Assembly (NCBI GenBank): GCA_030141605.1
Contig: JAQGDQ010000239.1
Location: 278,758-342,757, forward strand
Source: Tubiluchus corallicola
Lineage: Eukaryota > Animalia > Priapulida
DNA length: 64,000 nucleotides
Direction of reading: 5' to 3'
In this document: piece by piece, positions 14,901 to 26,163 of the stretch
Layout: every line of letters starts with the position of its first letter
How positions within the stretch are numbered: position 1 is the stretch's first letter
Notes under the pieces: generated by a model
Databases searched by the model: none
The model's input: only the letters and a program-made list of their open reading frames with translations
What the model was told of the DNA's origin: nothing
Position numbers and translations under genes: made by a program

Positions 14901-17660
14901 GAGACCCCTTACTCAATTAATTGCACTTTAAGCACTTTAGGCCTTAAACTCTCAAGCTCTCGGTTGCATACAGATGCATTCAGTTAATATGCTAAATCCA
15001 ATAATAAAATAAGTAAATTATGTACTATAAGCTGTTCAGTATCAGCAGTAGTTCGTTCACTCTCAGTAATCGTCTGTGAAGAGTATCCACACTGCTGTCG
15101 CCATGGTTTCCAGAATATGAAGCCAGTCAAATACAGCATAAACAATGATGTTTTAAAGTAAGTCGTAAAAAATGGTTTGTTGAAATTCAAGCCAGCATCC
15201 TCACTGAAGATGTACTGCAACATATATATATTAAATGCATACAAAATATCAATTAACTAATTTGTAAGAAAACAATTCAAGCTGGAAGCATTTAGCTGGA
15301 GGTAGATTTCAATGCATATAATACAATGCACGATACAGAATTGCAATTAACAGATTTAACAAAACAATACAAGCTAGTTCCAGTGATGCACCAGGTATTC
15401 GAATTTCACATTACAAGAGCCAGATGCAGGCTGAACAATTGGCTTGACTCAAAGTGTTACTCTTAAGTGCACACCCAGCTAGGTTTAACCAGAGGCAGAA
15501 AATCTTAAAAATGTTCTTGGGACTGAAAGCTGGTGTCCTGGTGACAGTCCAAGCCCAGAGACTTTTATAAAGTATCTAGGATCAACTTAGTTTTGTGTGG
15601 AGGGGGAGGGGGTTACAGCAAAGGCCTCCATGAAGATTTGAAAAGCTGGACTTACAAAAAGCCAATTTTATTAGAATTTGCACCACTTACATGTATCCTC
15701 ATTGATAATACAGTTGCCATCTTCAAACATTATTTCAGTTATTGTCACACACTGACTTATAGTATTAATTAGTAGTTTATATACAGACCAGACCACGTGC
15801 AGTTAAATGATTTAAAACTCCGATGCTTAGCAAGATAATTTTGCCTTATCTTAAATACTGTTGCATAGAGTTTCATAGAACTGTATACTAAGAAAGAAGA
15901 CCTTTATTTTGTTTGGCTCACAATTTTTATCACTTCGCTAGGACTCAACTTCAAACAATAATTTTGAAAAATATCTCACCAATCACGCACTTGTTATGTC
16001 AGATGTTGCTTAATTACTGAAGGAAGTTTTTTGACTGTGAAAAAGTAACTAACCGTGAGGTTTTTAAGATATTAGCACATAACATGACTAGGTGGCAAAA
16101 TGAGTTGGTATGGTGACTATAATAGTATAATTTGAAGCTAATTACAATTCAGTGAGTCAGTGAGACAACGCTTATTATGAAGTGAATTTTAATACAGCTG
16201 ACTCGTGAGGCTTGGAAGTTTAATTGGGTTGCTGCAAAAATCAATAAATCTGATCTTTATAGCAGCAAGCCTATTTATAAAACGAGATCACTATTATAAT
16301 AGTTCAGTTAGAGTTAATGCATAATTACTATGCACATACATTATGCTTGCACATTTTGTAATTGTCAAGCTTTTGAGGAGTGTGATATAAATCATGCAGT
16401 ACGCAAGGACAAATTGCAGCGTATGCAGATGCACAGAAAAAATATTACCCCAAGTAATAATTACGTTGTAATTTTGGTAATTATTAGAATGTGGAACAGT
16501 TTAGTTGTTTCTACTAATAACGAGTGGAAAACAGGAAAACATCGAAACTTTTTTCTATTAAAATTGTAAGAAAAAAATTTAAGAAAAAATTTGTGTCCCT
16601 CTGCCAGAAGAAGTGTCCCACGAACTACATTCTTCAGTCCGGTAAGATTTTCCTGGCCTGGATCTAATTCAGTAAATTGGCGAAAAATTGAATTAGTGTC
16701 TGATCTAGTCTAGCAAAGTGATGCATAGAAATAATCACTTAAAAAAGAAATTCCTTTTCTTTAAGATTTCATTAACTTCTTACTATACATGTATAATAAT
16801 ATAACAATGCCAAATGCTGGTACATAAGACTGATCAAAACAAATACCGTACTAAACGTGTAAAAAACTTCTTAGCTTTGTATAATGCACACATACAGTTA
16901 AAGTAAAGTAAGCCTTGCATTTCTGGCAACAGCTATAACCATAATATTGTAGCGTATTAATCTATTTTCATTACTGCAGGAATAACTGAAAATTATTACA
17001 CTTGCTGTCTATGAAACTCAGTAAATTCTTCAGTGACAGATTCACAATTACAAAAAGGACTTAAAATGAATTTTTGATGAAACACATGTTGAAAATGGAC
17101 ACAAAATGGATAGCAAAAGTTATTATTATGTAGCCAGTAACGTGTGTATAGTCTGTTATTCTACATTGGTAATACAAACACTTTTCTTAAGCTCACATTA
17201 CTGGCATCAAAGCCAACTTACATGAAAGCAGTTGCAGCCATTTGAGAGTTAACATTTCATGGAAAATTTATTACCTATAAACAATGATAATCATAATTTA
17301 TATACCATGCAACAACTTCACTGTTTTGGTAATGTTGAAAGTGTCAGCTCAAGCATTATTGGGAGATCCTGTATTCTGTTAACTATTAATAAGCATGTTG
17401 ATTGTTAATCCAGCCTTGTAAACAAAAGAATACATTCTATCGATCAAACCAGGTCCAGTAAAAAAATCCTGACCTGCCTGGGGTCTGGTGCACCACTAGT
17501 GAGCTTAACTGAGTAGCAAATGTTTTTCAGAACAAAGTTTCATGCTTACACGTGTCAATTCTGAAGAAGCAACCCATATTAACACAACAAGAAGCAACAC
17601 AAAGACACCAAGCAGCAAACGCTGTGTTTTGCTCAAGTTTAACACAACTCCAAATACCAT
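5923..17660 (-). CDS. SLC35F5: Solute carrier family 35 member F5 (EamA/DMT-fold membrane transporter), about 460 aa, 10 coding exons
   Basis: Exons 17660-17550, 15214-15026, 11300-11228, 11071-10875, 10294-10125, 9556-9390, 9080-8921, 8283-8193, 7059-6899, 5986-5923; all GT-AG with matching phases. Motifs: [108 protein letters not shown]. Confidence 0.93.
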
Positions 17661-18264
17661 CACTGGTCAGTACATAATGTAGTTACATTCTCAAATGTTT
17701 TCAATACCTATAATTAAAGAATCGATTATTACAGCAAAATACAAATATGATGTTTTGCTTTGAAGTATTAGTATTTAACGGTAGTCCGATTTATTGCTGA
17801 TGATAATGAACAAGTTTATAAAGTCAATAGTGAACATTCAGGAGTCTTGCAATATCTTAGTTAGTGTAGCAAAAGTGACAAATCAATTTTTCAGCTTGTT
17901 TTCCATAGCAAATAGAATAAATCAAACTTTTATTCAGTTTGGTATGGAAAAGCTAGAAGTTAAAGACAAAAGCTAAAATCCAGCATCACTGCTGTGTAAC
18001 TAATTATCTTTCTTTGGTTATATAAGCATGTTTCTCAGATTGCAGTTACTCAACATGAGTTTGCATTGGCTTAGTATAAAAGTTCTGAATTCAGAGTGCA
18101 GATGTCACATGTAATGCACTAAACACACTCAATGCTGCCAATTGTTGATTGGGGATCATTACATAGCAAATATCTGTCATCATTATAGTACCATTAATGC
18201 ATTTGTAGTGCCACATTACCAGGCTGTTTGTGTGCTGGTGGAAGCTCTTTTATATAGTCTAGTT

Positions 18265-18367
18265 AGCAATTTGCAAGATTTTATTGCTGGCTGGTCAGAG
18301 AATGAATATCGCATAGCAATTTTTTGCAAGATTTTATAGCTGGCTTGTCGGAGAATGAATATCGCAT
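18265..18367. repeat. Tandem duplication, 2 x about 50 bp
   Basis: GCAATTT(TT)GCAAGATTTTAT.GCTGGCT.GTC.GAGAATGAATATCGCAT occurs twice head to tail. Confidence 0.8.
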
Positions 18368-18604
18368 TGAAGAATTTTTTATTATGCAACGGTAATCCTA
18401 TATTATTGAATTATTACTGAAAGTAAAAAAGGTGGATAATGCATTCTGTTAGTATGCTTTTCATGTATGTTTTGGATGTTACCATAAATTTTTTGCTCCA
18501 AATTTTTTCACAAATAACATTGAGAATGTTAACTAAATGTCAATTTCCTATTTTATATTCATTCATAAAATCAAATGTTATTGACTCCTCGCCAATAATC
18601 TAAC

Positions 18605-18760
18605 CTAAAATGACAGAAACTCAGAGCTCCCGTTATCCATAGTTTTTCGTCAATATCTTTCACGGTATGACGATCCGTATTTTCTAGTGAATGCTTTCGA
18701 GACATGGACCGGTATTTTTAGTTGCTGCAGATCCGGATATGGATCTGTACCTTTAGTCAC
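18605..18760 (-). promoter_or_regulatory. Probable promoter and non-coding first exon of SLC35F5
   Basis: Locally CpG-enriched stretch. Minus-strand donor AG|GTTAG at 18605/18604 could pair with the acceptor at 17708-17709 ahead of the ATG exon. Inference only. Confidence 0.35.
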
Positions 18761-18976
18761 TGCCTTTTTTTATGATAAAACAATTATTATTTTTATTGCT
18801 TAATATCTCTTAAAATTATCTCTGACTAGAGTAACTTCTTCATTGAATTAAGGTTTGTGAGTGATATAATCTATAAATGGCAGCACTGATGAACATGACT
18901 TTATGAGCAAAAAATTCAGTATTATACTATTAACTATTAAGCATTTAGAGGTGCTTTACTTAGATTAAACAATGAC

Positions 18977-19195
18977 TGGTGACTAGTGGGTTAAGCGCTT
19001 ATGCACTACTGCTACCGTAAGTACGAATTCGTCTCCCTGGTAGCAATAAGGTGTTGTATATTGCGATACAGATGCGTATTTGTTAAAGTTACGGATGCCG
19101 TAAGGCCACAGGTCAGCTACTGACTTTCATCGTTCAGGAAGATTCGCACTCCTGGTCAGAGAAACAACTAGTTTCAATTGGGATAGTAACAACAG
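18977..19195 (+). mobile_element. tRNA-derived SINE (degenerate)
   Basis: A-box-like TGGTGACTAGTGG, B-box-like GAATTCGTCTCCC, then a core (GGTCAGCTACTGACTTTCATCGTTCAGG) reminiscent of Deu/Nin-type SINE cores. A weaker related fragment lies near 8410-8485. Confidence 0.4.
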
Positions 19196-19759
19196 TAAAT
19201 ATATGGTTTTCAGTTATATAACACTAAAAAAATTTCATAAGTAATAATAAAGTCTTATTTTACTAATGCATTAACGTTAAAAAAGAGAGATAAAAGACGT
19301 CACCGGAAAAAGGTAACAAACTATGCAGGAAACCTTTGAAAAGGAAAGGCTTCTTGTAATCGTAAATATGTGATTTTCCAGCGCTGTCACCTTGTGACTT
19401 TTGCAAAAAATATAATAGAAACCTTTTGATTTCAAGTGAATACTTTATGCCTTAGTAAAATTACAACATCGTCTCCTGTTGTATCGTAATTAAATTTTAC
19501 GTTTAAAAATTACGTTTCCTATCATCAAATGTGCCAATGGTCCAGAAAGTAGTCCCACTAAATGAAAATGGGATGGTGATGTTATTGTAAACGTTTTCCT
19601 TTGTTTTTTCTTCATTAAAGCAGGCAAGACAGTGAATTATTAGATCCCCTTATGTAGATGTGATAACTTGCCAGACGTGCTGTCACAATACACAGATCAT
19701 AGCAGTATTGCTCATGTTAGGAAAAGCAATCAGCATTTGGTAAATTTTTAGATGTTCGA

Positions 19760-19973
19760 AAAAACTTTGTATTGATTATATGTAATGAAAGGTATTATGG
19801 AAGAGCACATACTCGGCCTTTTGTGTTTTAGTGTTGCAGAAACGACCTCTTTTCAGCCAAATTTTCAGAAAAAACTTTGTATTGGTTATATGTAATGAAA
19901 GGTATTATGCAAGAGCACATACTCGGGCCTTTTGTGTTTTAATGTTGCAGAAACTACCTCTTTTCAGCCAAAT
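19760..19973. repeat. Tandem duplication, 2 x about 105 bp
   Basis: AAAAACTTTGTATTG.TTATATGTAATGAAAGGTATTATG.AAGAGCACATACTCGG...CTCTTTTCAGCCAAATT occurs twice. Confidence 0.85.
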
Positions 19974-21743
19974 TAGCCAATTAGATTCTATAATTATGCT
20001 GATGATAATACGTAGTGCCTTAGTACTGGACGAAGTGCTTAGTACTTAATCATCACTTGGCAAAGTTAAGAAAGCACTAACAAAACCATTTAAAACGTAA
20101 CCTGGTTCGAAAATAATTTTGGCGACAGCAAACCCTGACAAATTTCAAAGTGTTTTTACCTAAGCAAAACGTACATTTCCAGTGACGGAAAATTTTTTCA
20201 TCTAAATAATACCACAATAAAGTGTTCGAGCTATAGTGCAATCAAACTCCTTGGGAGTCTACATAGATGTAAAATTGGACTTTCTTAACGTGTCTCCTTC
20301 ATATGTAAAGCAGTTGCAAACAGGACAATATACTATTTCGGTTAGGAAAGCTGCTAGATACAAAAGTAAATTTAAAACCTCAATGCTTTCATAAAATCCC
20401 AGTTTATTTATTTCTCATTAATTTTTCATAGTTGTAGTATTACAAATACTAAGAAAATGGAGAGGAAACAGTGGTCCTTCCACATGCAACTTATTCAATG
20501 ATCTGGCAGTCTGCATACAAACCTTAATAATTAGTGAACAATGCTTGCAGCTGAAGTACTTAAACACTTAAATGAAATCGACATTGTAGTCTGGAAAACA
20601 GTTTCAATATAAAAATCAGTAATATAACTGAGATGAGTACATATCCTAGAAATTCCTAGAGATTTATCAACGAAATTTGGGTTATTATTCTGTGTCAAAC
20701 TTGGATTAAGTTACATAACGAATGTGCAGAGTGTGTAGCAATTTAAGCAAATTCAGCATAATTATATTGACATTAACTCTTGAAATTCTCAGCATTGTAA
20801 AAATTCTGTAAACAACAATCTAAATTGCTTGAAAAACCTTGTGTCGTAATATACTTTGTATACGTCCTTGAAACGCCAAGTAAAACAGTTTGAGATGCAG
20901 CTGTGTAGTGTGTGCATGCCCACACAATATTCAGCTTGCATTTCTGACAATGTGTGTGTTTCAGATGTCAGCCTAGATGCATAAACCGTAAAAATGTGTT
21001 TCAACTTACATTGTGTGAATTGCTTGAGAATTTTTTATTTTGTTTCATTCTCTTTAAACTGTCGGAAAGCAAACAGCTGCTAATATTGTTTTTTGTAAAA
21101 TTTCGACAGTAAATAATTTTTTTACTATTGGTACTGTAGAAGTCATGAACGTTTTTCTGCGTGTACGACACTAACTTCGAGTAGCAACACGACCAAGGTT
21201 GACGAATGTTTTATGACGCAAAAGATATACCCTCTTTGACGTTGCACAGTTGAAGCTGTGGTTTTAGGTGGGTTTTATATTTTTGCTTAAATTTTCTTAT
21301 TCTTTGTTTTTGAAATGTAATTTTTATTGCTGTCATAAAGTTGGGAATTGGGTTATTTTAGGGTAGATTGCAGTTTAAGTGGTTCTTTTTTTAGGCACTC
21401 TCACATCGCCTAAATCGGAAATGTCGCTGAAGGTAGGGCTACAATCGAAAGATGCATTCTTTATCTGTACACTAATGTAAAGAAAAGTTGAAACATATCT
21501 TCTTTTTATAAAAAATAATTTTAAAAAACTTACTGTTAGCGTCGCGAGAACAGACTAAGATTGAGCGATTTTATAAAACATTTTCATTTGGGTGTTAGCA
21601 GAGAGCGATATTTTTTATCTATTACTGTGCACCACAGCCTCTAGGAAATCTCTTCACAACGCTTCACAAAAAAAGAACCAAAGTGTGAACTTACTGAAAG
21701 GTTAAAAAGAGCTTCGGGCAAATTTTCTCAGCGAGCGTCATTA

Positions 21744-22320
21744 CAGGGCCGTAGTCGGCTTTTGAAAAGTGGTCCGGCCACAGATACGGAACAGGTAGAA
21801 AAAGAATACAGCAGCAACATATAGAAGAGTATATTATAATTTATAATACAGAGTTATAATATAATAGAGCACTACACATACTCAATGATGACATGATTGA
21901 TTAAAACTTCCCAAACAAACATGTGCGCCGCTCATTTCTAGCAGTAAACTCGTTCGCAATTACCTTCAGGTCGAGAGCGTCTGTTCTATCCATATGTACA
22001 TGCAAAGTCATGAGATTGTTCAGTCTAATTTGAGTCATCGTACTCCGCAAATAAGTTTTTACTCTACGCAGGGCTGAGAATGTCCTTTCACTTGTAGAAT
22101 TTGTAGCCAGAATCACTAGTAGTATCCTGACAAGAATCACAATTTTGGAATAGATTGATCGCATCGCAGGTTTAAGTTCACGGAAATAGCCGAATATATC
22201 CGAGAGACTGACTGATTATGTGCTTTATCGTTGTCATTATAAATAATGAAGGAGAGATGTCTAGGCACGTACGGCAGAAAAAGTGGTCCGGCCATGGCCG
22301 GACCGCCGACTACGGCCTTG
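21744..22320 (-). mobile_element. Internally deleted hAT transposon keeping the C-terminal dimerisation domain
   Basis: 16-bp TIRs CAGGGCCGTAGTCGGC / GCCGACTACGGCCTTG. ORF 21901-22164 (SERTFSALRRVKTYLRSTMTQIRLNNLMTLHVH) is a typical hAT dimerisation motif. Flanked by CATTA on both sides. Confidence 0.9.
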
Positions 22321-22339
22321 CATTATGCAGCGACTGTGT

Positions 22340-23470
22340 GTACCAGTAAGTTGTGCTTGCTGGTACTCAGGACCATATATTCCTTGCTATTGAACGGGCC
22401 TGCACAAATGTGCCTGTGAAGTCACACTTCACAGATTTTTTCCTATTTCGGTTTGCACTTCAGATTCGCTGCTATTCTTATACATCCAAACATTATACTC
22501 TCATATCATTTCAGTATTCCATTGCTGCCTTGATGTACTGGCTTACTTTTTTTAGTACTTCACTATTCAAGCTGGATACATTCCTGCTTGTTACATTCCA
22601 CTTTCTTATTTTAGTTAATTTGACACACTCAAACAAAGGCTCTGTTGTATCTTGTGCACTACAGTACATAATGGGAATTCTAAGTTATTAATATACTTAT
22701 TCTTATAATTTGCTTTTACTTCTACCACATTTAATTGCACTTTCATTATAGCACTAAAATCCCGTAAGTTGCAGTTGGATATGTAGTTTCCTCTTTCAGG
22801 GCTAATTAATGATAAGAACCTTAATTTTGTTTTATTTGTTACTGCTTGCTGGTATTGCTCCTTTATCTTTATTTGTATAGCTTTCTTTACCTGTTTTTTC
22901 CATGTTGACTGTTTCAACATTATTACTTTGTTTTATCTATATCAACTTCATTTTCATCCTCTATTTTCATTAAATATTCATACCAACATTTTGGATATTC
23001 TCTTATAATTTGCTCCTTCAGTATTCATTTTGCTAGACAGTTATCATCGGAGTGCTGCAAATTAAAGTACCACATTAATTTTTTGCTCTGTATTTGTTTC
23101 TCGATTGGCCATTTCGTGTTTCTATTAATAAACCCTAGTAGGGTGTACTTCGGCTTTGACCTAATATTTTCTTTAGTGATTATGCTTGTATTGTCTCCAA
23201 TTGTTGTATTTCTATCTTTGCCATATTAGTCCATGTTTCAGCGTTACTAATTATGTTCGATACTATAACAGTCTCATATTATTTTAGTCTAGTTTAGTCA
23301 TGATTGCCAACTGCCCTACTTTGTTTTCTGTACAAAAGTGTATAACTTAAGCCAACATAAACTTTGTTTTATTATTCCTATGCTCTAACATATCTAAATA
23401 GTTTATTAAGATTTTGCTATGGCAAAATCTTACTGTTTGTCATTGAGTTATTACTTAATTATACTCCGTC
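22340..23470 (-). mobile_element. Decayed non-LTR retrotransposon (LINE ORF2 C-terminal region)
   Basis: ORF 22615-22920 (WKKQVKKAI...TKLRFL...VKANYKNKY...PLC) resembles the post-RT region of invertebrate LINE ORF2. Flanking frames are broken by stops and frameshifts. Confidence 0.6.
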
Positions 23471-23699
23471 ACCTTAACACGTAAGCCTTATAAGCTAGGG
23501 TCACCAAACTCACAGGGTTGTTAGCCCTGGGTGGGGGACATACAACAGTGTGGGATCAGTGACCACTGGTCAAGGGGGGAAGGGCAGTGGGTATCAGTCA
23601 GTTTTTCTGACTCTTCTCCTGTTCTCTGATATTAGTTGTTGCAGTGCATCCTTCAGATTCTCTAAAGTTCTCTACTATGTGTTCTTCAATAATACTGTA

Positions 23700-24200
23700 T
23701 GGGCAAATGCATTTCTTATCAGTTGGGAAATATCAGTCTCATAAGAAGACCAATGGAAAATATTGACCTTGGGATGGTAGAAAATTCATCCTTTCCAGTT
23801 GTTTCGCTTAAACTTAATGAGTGGCTCATAGTTCGACGGGGTTGTTGAATGGCAAGCAGTCTTGCAAATAATTAACAATCTTCTCTCCATTTTATCAGTT
23901 TCATTGTCAACCATGCACCTTAATTTTTCGTGACATGTGCTGAATGTCTTCAACCTTGTTTTCTTCATGGGATCCCATATTGTTTTGTGACGATGCATTC
24001 GATGAAACCAGGTGCTGTGATACAAACTTCTTCAAACTTATTTGTACCTTTGTCATCTCTGAAAAGAATATCTTTCTTGACAGTTTCCTGTACTTCTATA
24101 TTAGATACTATATTCACAAGCTTTGTTGCTTTGCAGAAGAAAATGTTACTATCAGCATTGTTTTAGGATGCTGTCTTTAATTCCATCTGAATTGTGGAAT
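23700..24200 (-). mobile_element. Degenerate DNA-transposon transposase fragment (Academ-like by recollection)
   Basis: Broken minus-strand frames give IWDPMKKTRLKTFS and LFARLLAIQQPR...EFSTIPRSIF, motifs I associate with large invertebrate DNA-transposon transposases. Family assignment is uncertain. Confidence 0.4.
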
Positions 24201-24751
24201 CTGCATATTGCTGTGGAATGACTTAACTGATAGTGCTCTTTGGTTGACAAGTTTGTTTTGCAGGCAAACAATTGTCATAAAAATCTTGTATTGGATTGAT
24301 CAGATTAAGGGCAATCAAGAAAAACCTATAAAGTGCATTTTCATTTTGTGTGATTCCCGTCACAATACACTGATTCAATACACAGTTGTTCCATTGATTG
24401 ATCTACAAAGAGGTTGGTAAGTGGAACACCAGATTTATTTACCATTAATTCATCACACTTTATTCCAAATGCACGACACTGTCACTCACACTAAATGTCA
24501 AAAGAGCTCTGAGTTTTGTCCTGGTAAGCAGAAAGATAACTGAAGATTCTAAAATATGACTTAACCTGCAATGTAATGCAACTAGAACAGTAACAGGAGT
24601 ACGTGGTTGCTGTAATTTTTACATTATTATGCTAAGACCTGAAAAATGTCTGCTGATCATGATCCTTTTATCGAAGGTCAACAAAGTTTGCACCACTATA
24701 GGTGTATATCCTCTAAATTGCATGATTTTTGAAGCTGTAATTTGTGAGTTA

Positions 24752-25360
24752 CAGTAAGTGTTTGCTTAACGACTTGTTTTAACGACGCTGATCATTTGAC
24801 ACCTTTTTTTTACTTAATGACGCACTGTTTCCTTTTAATGACGATTTGTTTACTTTGCTCGAAACCTAATATGATGCATTAAAACAGTACATATTGCGTT
24901 ATTCTGTTCTAAAAATGCACTGGTAACGTAAACAATGCAATCATTATACAAGTTGTTGCTTCCCGACAGACCACTAAATGCTAGCCATTTATAGCAAGTG
25001 AGACCTGGGAGCAAAAAATTTTGCCTGCAACCTGTTACTATAGTAATCAGGCTTAGACGAAATTCCCAAGATCACCTAGCAATTGGCATTAACTCTGCTG
25101 CAGTGTTTATTGTTTAACTGTTGCCTACACTTAAATATTAACGAAAAAGAAACCGCTAGCTAGATTAGTAAGATATATATAGGTGGTTTCAAGCAAGAAC
25201 AAGGAGTAAAACCCATAAAACATTTAATTTATGTGATTTAAGCAGCACTGATTTTTGGCTCTGGAACGTGTCTTTTTTTACAATATTTTTTATTGAAGTT
25301 TTAGCTTCGTTTAACGCCTCATTTTGCTGGAACGCATTAGCATCGTTAAAGGGCTTGCTG
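24752..25360. mobile_element. pogo/Tigger-like non-autonomous element
   Basis: TA|CAGTAAGTGTTTGCTTAACGAC ... CATCGTTAAAGGGCTTGCTG|TA, with repeated sub-terminal TTAACG motifs. Confidence 0.6.
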
Positions 25361-26163
25361 TATTAGACATTATAGCAAAAACTGCATAATATCCACTGAC
25401 CTTGACCTATTTTGTTTAAGATCAATGCACATCAGTCTGGGTTATTCCAAGTCTTGCAATATAAGTTTCCAAGATTCGAGCTGCTATACATTCTCAGTTA
25501 CTGTCATGGAAATATATTTTAGACGATCGCCTGTGTCGTATGACCTGGCCCTACCCACTTCTTACTTCTACCTAGCTGTGCAGATACACAATTTCTAGCA
25601 CAGTTCTATAAGAGGAGTTGACAGTTGCCCTAATTTTGACATTTTGACCCCAGTCAAAGCTATTTTAAGCTATGCCCACTTTTTGAAAAATAATTGATGC
25701 CTGTCTACCACCACCATACCGCCAGACTCACAAAAAAAATTGGACATACGTCAAACCCTAGGAAACGTTGAGCAACAAGCTTATTTTTAAGTGTTACTGG
25801 CAGTCATTTTTAAATCTGAGATGGAAGCCAAAGCTTTGCATGAAAAAAATGGCATCTACCTATCAGTTTTGAATTCAGCACCTCCAAGTTGATTTAATCA
25901 ATAGACCATAGAAATCAATTTTGGCAAAAAATTGAGCTAATCCCAAATGTTTGAAATAGCACACTGTACTAAAAGTTAAAAGTAAAATAAAAATTATCTG
26001 TAACTTGTTCTACTTTGTTGTGCAATGGCAAGTCAGGAAAAGTTTACTTGACTTGGAATGTGCATTAAACAAGTTTGTAACCAACAAATGATTTTTATTT
26101 TAAGGCACACAAGTCACCATGGTAATTACTTGCTAGTCTTGGCATTACACAGAGAAAACAGTC

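Noticed and set aside
15381-17498. Possible 2.1-kb hAT-like element (CAGTGATGCACCAG ... CTGGTGCACCACTA) in an SLC35F5 intron
   Set aside because: The ends are roughly inverted, but there is no target-site duplication and no transposase trace; too weak to call.
18977-19050. Possible tRNA gene
   Set aside because: A and B boxes are degenerate, I could not build a convincing cloverleaf, and a SINE-like core follows.
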